Shown here: piece after piece, positions 1-11,400 of the stretch
How positions within the stretch are numbered: position 1 is the stretch's first letter
Layout: each line of letters begins with the position of its first letter
DNA from: Macrostomum lignano
Taxonomy: Eukaryota
Reading direction: 5' to 3'
Length of the DNA stretch: 64,000 bases
NCBI GenBank assembly: GCA_002269645.1
Contig: NIVC01001143.1
Coordinates: forward strand, 124,001-188,000
The notes under the pieces: generated by a model
Seen by the model: only the letters and a program-made list of their open reading frames with translations
Told to the model about the DNA's origin: nothing
Database searches by the model: none
Made by a program: the position numbers and the translations under genes

Positions 1-116
1 CAGACCCTGCTCGCTGTCTCCCTTTAGTAGTATAACAAATCCAAGTCTAGCTCTTCTGCGAACTTCCATCTCTATTGAGACAACCCGGGAAGGCCAGGAG
101 CAGCAGTGAGCAAGCT

Positions 117-530
117 ATGTCCGACTGGCTCACACCTGGGGCAGCGGGCGGCTCAGCCAGCAGCCCACTACTGCCCACCACCTTCGGAGTTGGCGGTGTC
201 AGCAGCGGCCTCGGCGCGGGCGTCGTCGACCACTTTGACATTCTCGACAGCGCCGGTGGCAGCGGCGGTGTCATTGGAGACGGCTGCCTCCTGATGGATG
301 ACGTCGGCCTCGGCGACGAGCCCGAAGTCCTCGGGTTGGAGGCGGCCGCTCTGCCAGCCGTGGAGGCCTCGGAGAACCAGTGCCTGCTGAGCGAGGAGTT
401 GTACAGACTGTCCAGAGTGCGCCGCGTCTGGAAGAAGGAGAGCCTGGAGCTCTGGGCGCTGAAGGATGACGCCGGCTACGTGCTGGAGAGCCGAGGCGGC
501 GTCTTCAGTCAGCAGTTTCAGCGAGCTCAG
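117..530 (+). CDS. Gene A exon 1 (Gly/Ser-rich N-terminus, first half of PH-like domain)
   Basis: MSDWLTPG...EELYRLSRVRRVWKKESLELW resembles PH beta1-beta2; donor CAG|GTGCGC at 531. Could be an internal exon if the gene starts left of the window. Confidence 0.7.
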
Positions 531-3500
531 GTGCGCTCGGTTAGTCTATTATTAACTGGGGCAGCTTAGTTGGTTTGTCGCAGGGTGGCTGTTGGGTTCC
601 GTCATAAATTTATGCGAAAGTTGAGTTGAAAGCAGTTCTGCACATCTTGCTGACCCCTGAGCACGCACAGCGGCCAGGCGTTACCGGTATATTACAAAAA
701 CAAGGGCCAGAGGAGGCGTTGACCCTCATCAGTATGAATCGTATGACTGTTCGGGAGCCCCAGATTAATGTGACCGCTCTCGGAATCGAACCCAGGCAAC
801 CCAGAGCGAGAGAGTCGGGCATGTCACGAGCTACCGCTCCACTGCTCAGCCCCTCTTGACAGGTGGTGCACAGGAGTTTTAAATCTCAGGCCCTGTCTGT
901 AACTCAACCAGGTGCGCTCTTGGACGGAGCTGACTGGCGGCGGCGGTGACGGACGCAGCTCCAACTCGAAGCGCCCCGTTGGCCGCCTGAAGGACCGGCT
1001 GGTGTTCGCCATCCGCTTTATCGCCGACTCGGAGTGCAGCGGCGCCGAGTCGCAACAGCCGGGGGTCGTCGGCGGCGGCGGTGCCAAGTGGCAGCGATTC
1101 CGCGCGGTCTCTGTGCACCAGATGTACCGCTGGATGCTGGTGCTCAGACGCCTGTTTGACGACCCGACCTGCCCCGAGCCGCGGCCCGGCCTCGACTTTG
1201 TCTCCCATGGCAACGAGGTTTGCTCTTACACTGCTGTTCAGCAGATTCATTCCCGATTTGGCTTGCCCGCTCAATGCCCGCCGACTCGAACTGGGAATTT
1301 CTTTTTTGCTTGCCTTCACCTGCTGATAGTCCCCTTGGTTTGAATTGACCCGAAGCTTGTGATTCCCTTAGTTTGAATTCAGCCGAAGCTTGTAATTCCC
1401 TTAGTTTTAATTCAGCCGAAGCTTGTAATTCCCTTAGTTTTAATTCAGCCGAAGCTTGTAATTCCCTTAGTTTTAATTCAGCCGAAGCTTGTAATTCCCT
1501 TATTTTTAATTCAGCCAAAGCTTGTAATTCCCTTAGTTTTAATTCAGCCGAAGCTTGTAATTCCCTTAGTTTTAACTCAGCCGAAGCTTGTAATTCCCTT
1601 AGTTTTAACTCAGCCGAAGCTTGTAACTCCCTTAGTTTTAACTCAGCCGAAGCTTGTAACTCCCTTAGTTTTAATTCAGCCGAAGCTTGTAATTCCCTTA
1701 TTTTTAATTCAGCCAAAGCTTGTAATTCCCTTAGTTTTAATTCAGCCGAAGCTTGTAATTCCCTTAGTTTTAACTCAGCCGAAGCTTGTAATTCCCTTAG
1801 TTTTAACTCAGCCGAAGCTTGTAATTCCCTTAGTTTTAACTCAGCCGAAGCTTGTAATTCCCCAAGTTTTAAAGGTGTTAATTCACCAGAGGCTTGTAAT
1901 ACCCTTGATTAATTTTACTCAACTCTGGTAATTCCCTTAGTTTAAATTCAGTCTCTGGTGGCTCACTTCAATCAAACAGTTTCAGTAAATTTCTTCTTGT
2001 CCAAAGCTTCTGCTGTTCTCTCTCTGGTGCACCAGGCCGCACACTTCTGTTGCCTTTGGCTCGCTTCCAGCGGGGCTCGGCCGGAGCCTCCCTGCCTGCC
2101 AACCTGCCTCAAGTGCTGCTAGACGGGGGCGTCCTTCACGGGGGTCACCGGTGGGGGGGCATGTTTTCCCTGTCTGTCCGAAACGCCGACCCCTCGCCCC
2201 ATCGTCTTAAGCGATTCGCCAACGCCCCGCTGCGCCGCCCACTTTCCAACAAAAATTTATAGTTCGCTTATTCGCGAGCCGCCGGCTTGGCTAATTAAAA
2301 AATCTGCTGTTGCGGACTGCCGGCGGAGGCGCTGCTGGCCGGCGCGGGCCGGTCGTAAACAAACACCGGCCGCTCCGCTGGTGGCGATCCGCTCTGCCGC
2401 CGTGTCCGGGTGACCCCTCGAGCGACACTTTGTTAGCGGCGGGGGGGGGGGTCCGGGGCTGCCCGGGCCCGCCGGAATTTCTGTGGCTCTTCAATGCGCC
2501 CTGCTCTCTTCTGCCTGACTCCCGGGCAGGAAGGCAGGCGATTCCTCAATAGCCTGCCTGCTGCACATATCGGGCCGGGGTCGGATTCCCATACCGGCCC
2601 TTCTTCCCGCTTTTATTCAAGTGGCTTTTCAGGTGGCTTCGCGTTGGTAGAAAGACTGACTACTCCCTGCTCGTCTCGGGACGGTTTGATCGGCACTTGG
2701 GGATTTTTTTAGATATGGCCGCTTCCTCAATGCGGGGAATTCGCCTCTCCGCCCTTCCTGAGGGATATTTTGGGAGTGGCCGCTTCCTCAATGCGGGGAA
2801 TTCGCCTCTCCGCCCTTCATGAGGGATATTTTGGGAGTGGCCGCTTCCTCAATGCGGGGAATTCGCCTCTCCGCCCTTCATGAGGGATATTTTGGGAGTG
2901 GCCGCTTCCTCAATGCGGGGAATTCGCCTCTCCGCCCTTCATGAGGGATATTATCTAGCATGGGAGTGGCCGCTTCCTCAATGCGGGGAATTCGCCTCTC
3001 CGCCCTTCCTGAGGGATATTATCTAGCATGGGAGTGGCCGCTTCCTCAATTGGAAAACTCTTGTCTCCACCCTGAGGGGGATATTTTGGGAGTGGCCGCT
3101 TCTCCATTGGAATAATTCCACTGTCACCTGTTTAAACCGCAAAATGACATTTGCATCGCGAACGCCCGCGGCAGGAGTTCCAGGGCCGCTGGGACAAGTG
3201 CCACCCCAGCATGCTGGACGCCCAGCTGTCTCACGAGGCGCACAGCAGCGAGTCCCGCGGCTCCGACACTGGCCGGCCGAGTTCCCGCTATCAACCTACC
3301 GGCCAGAGCCAGCAGCCGCCAAGCTATGAGTCCATCATGACTCAGATGAAGTCCTGCCAGGTGCCCGCTGTGGTGAGTGCTCGAAAGGGCGCTGGGCTGA
3401 TAATTGAATGATGAGCACTTGGGGGATGGACTGAGCACCTGAAGGGGATGAGGCTTAGTCTGAGCACCTGAAGGGGATGAGGCTTAGTCTGAGCACCTGA

Positions 3501-6500
3501 AGGGGATGAGGCTTAGTCTGAGCACCTGGAGGTGATGAGGCTCAGTCTGAGCACCTGGAGGTGATGAGGCTCAGTCTGAGCACCTGGAGGTGATGAGGCT
3601 CAGTCTGAGCACCTGGAGGTGATGAGGCTCAGTCTGAGCACCTGGAGGTGATGAGGCTCAGTCTGAGCACCTGGAGGTGATGAGGCTCAATCTGAGCACC
3701 TGGAGGTGATGAGGCTCTGTCTGAGCACCTGACTAATTATGCCTTGTCGCCGCCCCACCCGGCCGGCAGTTCCGCCAGCAGGATCACACGCCGCCACCCC
3801 TGCTGGCTGCCGGAGACGGCGCCTCGCAGAGCCGAAGGCGCCGCCGCCAGGAGGATGACACGTTCTTGCCGCCGCACGGGCCGCCGGTCCGCTGGCCGCT
3901 GAACCTTGGCGAGGGCGAGGAATTCGGCCTGCCTGAGCACGTGCAGCACCTGTGGGACTTCAACCTGGACCGGGCGGTGTTCGTGGACCACGCCAACAAG
4001 GCCGTGTTTTACGAGGACCCCCGCGGTGCCGACCGGGCCACCGCCAACGACCAGCTGCAGCAGCCGTGCCAGCAGCCCACCAAGTACGTCATCTACCGCG
4101 AGCCGGAGGGCCGGCAGAGCTCCACGGCCGACATTCTGCTGTCCCCGGAGAATCTCAGCGTGCTGGAGGCCGAGAAAATGGCTGAGGCCGCTCGCTCTAA
4201 GGTGAGGCTTTGGGGAGGCCTCCCACTGGTTTTCAGCCGCTACCTACCCTTTCATCCTAAGGGGGTTGTAGCCTAGTATTGTAATGCCCTTGAGAGCCAA
4301 GGCACAGTGAAGTGTAGCTCGTACCTACTAAATACTTAAGGATAAACAAAGTTGGGGCCGCTGTACACTCCTGTGTGGCTGCTCAGGGGAGTCAGCGGAA
4401 TGGGCAGTAACATGACTCTTGCCGGTTGTGAAAATTGCCTCTAATAAAAAATCAGTCCTTCAGGGGACTGTTAATACCCGCCCATCGCTGCAAATAGCAC
4501 TGAGGGCTCCATCTTCTCAAAGATCTGCCAGTCTTTCATAGCCTGCCTCTGCTCTTCTTTTCTCTTCGTTTTTAAGCACTTTTAGCAGAGATCCGCTGAA
4601 GAAGTCCGTTGCAGTGAGTGAGGATGATGGCGCTGCATTCACCGGCTTGCCAGATAAGCTCAGCTGCTGAGCAGCTGATAGAGGCAGAGAGAATGGGGAA
4701 ATGGAGTAAGCTGAGGCTAAAATAGCCGGACAGCAGCGAATCCCAGGGATAAAAGCAGCTTAGTTAAGGGAGGGCAGCCCTGAACTCGCGCTGCCGTGGG
4801 AAAAGCGCCGGGCTGCGATGCGGGCTTCGGCGCTGCCTGCCTGCCATGCGTGAAAGAGGCCGGGGGGGCGGTCCGGGCTGGGCAGATCTGTCCGCCCCGG
4901 CTTCCCGTGCCCCCCCCCCGCTGTCTCGCCAACTGGGTCGAATCTGGGGCGACTGCTGCTCAGAGTGAGTAGGGGAGGGGAGGGGGAGGGGGCGGATACA
5001 CGGGGACTGGCACAGTTGCCTGATACAGGCTCGCGCGTTCTTCATCTTGCTGCCCAAGCCGCCTCTCTCACTGCTCTGTTTTCAAGCTGTGATTCGTTGG
5101 GGAGGAAAATTTTAACTTTTTGTAAACCTGGATTTGGGTGAGCAGTGTCACTGAATTTGGGTGAGCAGTGTCACTGAATTTGGGTGAGCAGTGTCACTGA
5201 ATTTGGGTGAGCAGTGTCACTGAATTTGGGTGAGCAGTGTCACTGAATTTGGGTGAGCAGTGTCACTGAATTTGGGTGAGCAGTGTCACTGAATTCAGGT
5301 GAGCAGTGTCACTGAATTGGGTGAGCAGTGTCACTGAATTCAGGTGAGCAGTGTCACTGAATTTGGGTGAGCAGTGTCACTGAATTTGGGTGAGCAGTGT
5401 CACTGAATTGGGTGAACAGTGTCACTGAATTTGGGTGAGCAGTGTCACTGAATTTGGGTGAGCAGTGTCACTGAATTTGGGTGAGCAGTGTCACTGAATT
5501 TGGGTGAGCAGTGTCACTGAATTTGGGTGAGCAGTGTCACTGAATTTGGGTGAGCAGTGTCACTGAATTTGGGTGAGCAGTGTCACTGAATTTGGGTGAG
5601 CAGTGTCACTGAATTTGGGTGAGCAGTGTCACTGAATTTGGGTGAGCAGTGTCACTGAATTTGGGTGAGCAGTGTCACTGAATTTGGGTGAGCAGTGTCA
5701 CTGAATTTGGGTGAGCAGTGTCACTGAATTTGGGTGAGCAGTGTCACTGAATTTGGGTGAGCAGTGTTACTGAATTTGGGTGAGCAGTGTCACTGAATTT
5801 GGGTGAGCAGTGTCACTGAATTTGGGTGAGCAGTGTCACTGAATTTGGGTGAGCAGTGTCACTGAATTTGGGTGAGCAGTGTCACTGAATTTGGGTGAGC
5901 AGTGTCACTGAATTAGGGTGAGCAGTGCGCTGAATTTAGGTGAGCAGTGTCACTGAATTTAGGTGAGCAGTGTTACTGAATTTGGGTGAGCAGTGTCACT
6001 GAATTTGGGTGAGCAGTGTCACTGAATTTGGGTGAGCAGTGTCACTGAATTTGGGTGAGCAGTGTCACTGAATTTGGGTGAGCAGTGTCACTGAATTTGG
6101 GTGAGCAGTGTCACTGAATTAGGGTGAGCAGTGCGCTGAATTTAGGTGAGCAGTGTCGTGAATTTGGGTGATTGTTGAGGGGTTTTTTGTACTTTTGAAA
6201 TCGGAGATTTTTTGCTGGCGCATCTCAATTCATGATGAAGCTGAACTCCGGGAATCTGCGATGCAGAGAGAGCAGAGGCTGATGCATTCATGGGAAAAGA
6301 GCAGGGGAATTTTTTTAAAGTATCCCATTTTAGACAGAAGCTCTTCTCGATGAAGCTTTGAATGTGATGGGGAGTCTGGGCCTTAGTTGTAGCGGCGCAG
6401 TGAGAGCCCAGCCTCGTTAACAAACAATGCCTCCCCGGTTGGAAGCGAGCCAAAAAAGTCAGCGAAATTCCGCGACTGCGGTCTGCCAGCCTGGCTTGGT

Positions 6501-8360
6501 CGGTGGCTATTTTTAGCAGCATTGTGCGGCCGCGCCTGCAGCCCTGCGTTCGCCTGCACTTTTGGACCGGGGCAGGGCTGGGGATCAGACCACTGCCAGG
6601 CTGCGCTGTCCCTAATCCGCTTCCTGGATTGCGCCAGGGGGAGAAGGCATAATCAGAGCAGTTTACCTGGGACATTAGCGGGATAAGACGGCTTAACTGG
6701 GAATTTTATTTTATTAATTCCCATGGGAACCTCTTGAGCTCTGGCACTTCAAGTTGCTTCATTTCCTGTGTCGGTTTTTCCCACCGTTGACCTCAGCTCA
6801 CCTCTGTCCGCTCCTCTGCGCGGCCGCATGTCCGATCTCTCTGTTTTACTCGTATCTCCTGTCCCAACCAAAGACCGTAGCTGAGACCGACCAAAAGACG
6901 GCTGTGTCCGACCAAAAGAACACTTAGCTGTCCGACCAAAACACCACTCAGCTGTGTCCGACCGAAAGACAGCCACTTAGCTGTGTCCGACCAAAAGACC
7001 ACCTAGCTGTGTCCGGCCAAAGACCACCTAGCTGTGTCCGACCAAAAGACCACCTAGCTGTGTCCGGCCAAAGACCACCTAGCTGTGTCCGACCAAAAGA
7101 CCACCACCTAGCTGTGTCCGGCCAAAAGACCACCTAGCTGTGTCTGGCCAAAAGACCACCTAGCTGTGTCTGGCCAAAAGACCACCTAGCTGTGTCCGAC
7201 CAAAAGACCACTTAGCTGTCCGACCAAAAGACTGCCACCTAGCTGTGTCCGACCGAAAGACCGCCACCTAGCTGTGTGAGACCAACAGTGGGAAAAGCTT
7301 TGAAAGCATCGCCACATACGAGTATTAAATCGATCATTTCCCCCTTTTTCAGCCCCAGCTCATTGTGATCTCATCGTGCGGCCTGAACGGAGTCGACGGG
7401 CTGAAGGGCGAAGACGGTCGGGACGGCCACCCGGGCGAGGAGGGTATGCCGGCCTGCATCGGTGAGCTGCGTGGGCGTCCCACGTTGCACTTTTTAGCAT
7501 TGCCTGTGTCCGCTTCAGAATCAATTTGTTTTTTGATGGCGAGACAGTCTATTGTTAAAAATAATGCTTTTAGAGACGCGGAGGCTGGAACAATCTCAGA
7601 CTAATCTGCTTCTGCTGGCCCTCGCGCTGGGACTAATTGCCTTTTTTCATTTTCGAGACAGATAAGCTCGCCGCTGAGTGTAGCCGAATGGCGCTGTAGA
7701 TTAATATTGGGGTTTGGAATCGGTTGGGAAGTGCGGGGCCAGGTGGGGATCACCGGGGGGGGGAGTTAGGAGAGTTCGTAGAACCGCAGCAGCTCAGCCT
7801 GATGGACTCTCAGAGGTCTCGAGCAGGCTGGGGGGGCGCCTGAATAAAAATAATATACTTCTGCCACTCTGGGAGGCCCCGCTGCTCCGCTTCCCATGGG
7901 AATTGCGCCAGAGGAAGGAAGGGCCGAGAGAGGCAGGCAGCGGCCGGGAGGCCACTTGGCCCGGGCGTTTAACCGGCCCCGGTTCTCGGCGGCCTCGCCC
8001 TCCCCCACCCCCTGCTCCCGCCGGCCGGCTACTTTGTACTTTTGCAGAGAGAGGGGGGCAGTTTCGAGTCTTTTGCTGCCTCCCCCCAGTGTTTCTCTCT
8101 GCGCTGCTCACCCCGCGGCCATTGATTGTGCGAAACACTGGAAGGGAGGGCTTCATCTCCCAGCTTCCCTGGCATTGCTCACATTGGATTATCAGCACTG
8201 AGCACAAATTTGCCACCGCATCCCCACCAGCTCACGCCTTCCGCCCGCCACTCAGCCCAACTGCCCGGGCCGCATCTGGCCCAGCCCCAGACTCCACCGC
8301 AGAGCTTCATCCTTCATCTATATCCCCGCAATGCTGCCCAGCTAAAATAGGCAGGCAGGA

Positions 8361-8451
<91 letters not shown>

Positions 8452-11400
8452 GAATCCGCTGCCCTCTGATTTGCCCCATGAATCCCCAAAACTGGCCCAT
8501 GAGGCCAATTTGCGGCTGTGCAGCCCTGCTGGCCGTGTTTGGCTCAGGCCGCCAAAATCTCCTCCGGTGCCTTTGTTGTTGCCGCGCCCGCTTATTTAAT
8601 CTCGCGCGCGTGGGTGGCTTCTGAGCAGCGCTCAAAATGCCATTGTGCGCGCCGGGAATGAAGCCGTTTCTCTTCTCTACTACACAATCTTTAATAAGCC
8701 CTTCTCAAGTTAAGCAGGCCGGGCTCTCATTTACACTTCATCCTAGCTCGCATCCCGCGCATTCAAACTGCTCAAAGTGAGATGCGAGGGGTTTAATCTG
8801 CTTTCCTAGAAGCCAAGTTCAGAATGCTACCGTAGAAGTATCGAGAATCTGGTCTGGGAGAATTCCAGCAGCCTTATTTACCCTCGTATTCCCCCCTGCC
8901 TTCATCCCCCATCTGTTCTCTCAGAATCCCGGAACCCGAGTTTACCCAAGGCAATTCCTGGAATATTTGGCGAATATTGCTGTGCTGTTAAATAATTCAA
9001 AAATTTGGTCGGCAGCTGCTCCTGCAATGTGAGCTGCCTGCTGTGCACGCGGGTCAGTAGACTGGAATCCCGGATGCTCGGAGGCTGCTACCCCATGCCA
9101 GTTGGAGTTCCAAGTGGCTGATGGAGCATTTTGGAGCATTCAGGCCCGCTGTCTCATTCCACTCATCCAAACTCTGCAGCCGGTGGTCGCGGCGAAGACG
9201 GCGGTCGCGGCGGCGACGGTGGCCGCGGCCTGAACGGCGAGGACGGCGAGGCGGGCGAGGACGGGCACTCCTTCCACCTGCTGCTGTCGGGCAACCCCGC
9301 CTCGCTTCGCGTGTCCGGCGGCGGTCTGGAGGAGGACTGCGTGGACATGGGCCGCGACGCCATCATCTTCGCCGACTTGCACGGCGGCCGCGGCGGCCGG
9401 GGCGGTGCCGGCGGTTGCGGCGGCCACGGTGGACGAGGCGGCGGCGGCGGACCCGGCGGCCGAGGCGAGGAGAGCCGCTCCGGCGAGGGCGGCCGCGGCG
9501 GAGACGGCGGCTGCGGCGGCAACGGCGGAACGGTGAGTGAAGATGCTGGACCGCTTTGCCGGGAAGAAGATGCAGAGGAGTTAAATGAGGAGGAAAGCAA
9601 GCAAGCACTGGAAGGTACCCAAGTAGGGGGTCATTGCACTGAGCGAGACACTCAATTTTAGCCGAAGAACGAAGCCAGAAGTGGCGTCACTGGCAGCAGA
9701 GTGCGGGCGTGCGGGCCTGATCAGGCCGGCATTCCCAGCAGCAGGGGAGCTGTCAGCGGCCTGCCAAATGCCCCTGCCGACTGTTTGCTTTATTATTCGT
9801 GAACTGCGTGGCTGCATGATGCGGCAGCTGAGTCACTCCCGCTCTGCCACCCACTCCGCGGCCACCCGACCCGATGACGGACGACTTTCCGAGTCAAGCA
9901 GAGAGATTACTGTTTGCATTGAATTAGCCCGCCAGCCGGGAGTTACGGCGCGGCCCGACCCTTTGATGGCCGGCAGTCATGTGTTGCCTGTTTGATAGCA
10001 AATTGAGCGGCAGTTCAGCGACTTCCTTTCCAATTGACACATCTGCTTGCCACATTACTTACAGCAGCAGATTTGCCTACAATGCTTACTTGGCTACTTG
10101 TGAGTAGTCTGCTTTAGGCATGCTGTACTAAAATTACTTCAATCGAAATAAATTTGAAGCCTGCTCAGCATCGTCTCCTGGCTTGATGCCAGTTTCGCCG
10201 CCACGGTGGCTGGCGCACGTTGCATTGAAGTTCAGCTCTGCTAGGGCCTCCCATGAGTAGGTGCACGAGCTTCAATTCTGTCACTACAAGGGGAACTGGT
10301 TGGCTTTTTTCATATCGCCCCCCTCCCTCCAACTTCTGCTGCGAAAATCTTCCGTGTCAAGTTATGCAGCAGCACAGCTGGGATGCGGATAAGGAGAGGC
10401 CAGTTGTCAGGCGTCTTCTGGCTGCGATGCCCACCACTGACGGCCCATGCAGCGGGCGAGAAACCCGAACCCTGTGCCTCAGTTATCCCCCCCCTCCAGG
10501 CAGCATCGGCTTGCGGGTCTTGGGTTAAGCTTAAGCGATAGCAACTTCTCCCAGCCCCTGCCTGTGCAGTGCAAGCCGCTCCCCCCGCATATCCCGCCCG
10601 TGTTTTCGCCATTGCCCCCCCCACCGGCACTCGAGCCCACCGTCGAACCCTATACTGCGCGCTGCCCCGGGACGGTGCGCGCTTCAAGCTTTTACGAGCT
10701 AAAATGGAATGCCTCCTCCCTGCGCCCTGCGCCTGTCTCTCCCCCGCTCCCTCCTTCCTCCCCTCCCCCCGGACTGTCGCTCGATATTGCAGCTTCGAAG
10801 TTCCAGTCTTGGCGTTCGCCAGCGCACGGAGGCCTGCAGAGGGTGCCGCATTCGCTCTCCAGCCCGGGCCTCTCGTCGTCTCGGTTATTGGCGCGCTGGA
10901 GGGCGGGGGGGTCGTGCACTCCGCCAGCCAACCCCCCCTCTCTTCAGCGTCTCTCCGACGCTGGCGGCCATTTATTTGCGGGGGCAGTTCAGGCCGGCCC
11001 CGCGCCAAGCTTGCCCAGCCTCGCTCTGTGTCTGCCCTGCTCGGCGCGGAGGGCTCGCAGGTAAAAAAAACCGTTAGGGAATAAACAATGACTACTAAGC
11101 TGCAGCACCACCTGGTGCATCCGCATCACCAGCACGACAAGACGGACAGCAACATCGCTTCATTCGGCGGCACCGTCACCACCACGTTGTCGGCGGCCGA
11201 GGGCTCCGGCCTGCGCTCAGTGGAGAAGAACGCCGTGCTGACGGAGCAGCTGGGCGGCAACCAGCAGCACCTGCTGCTGCACAGCGTCGGCTCCGACGCC
11301 GCCTCCGGCACCAGCACCGGCGGCACCGGCGACTCCGGCAGCGTCGACGATGATGCTCTGTCAGCCGCGTCCGGCGTCAGCAGCGGCGTCTCCACCGACT

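Noticed and set aside
773-858. Possible tRNA gene
   Set aside because: B box present, but acceptor, D and anticodon stems do not pair; treated as a SINE-like head.
5132-6170. Regular short repeats resembling a CRISPR array (also other arrays)
   Set aside because: Head-to-tail units with no unique spacers, no cas genes, eukaryotic context.
7700-8800. Overlapping GC-rich ORFs (also 2050-2700, 10250-11080, 40400-43400, 57300-58300)
   Set aside because: No recognisable domains, inconsistent frames and no convincing splice pairs; more likely regulatory or non-coding GC-rich DNA.
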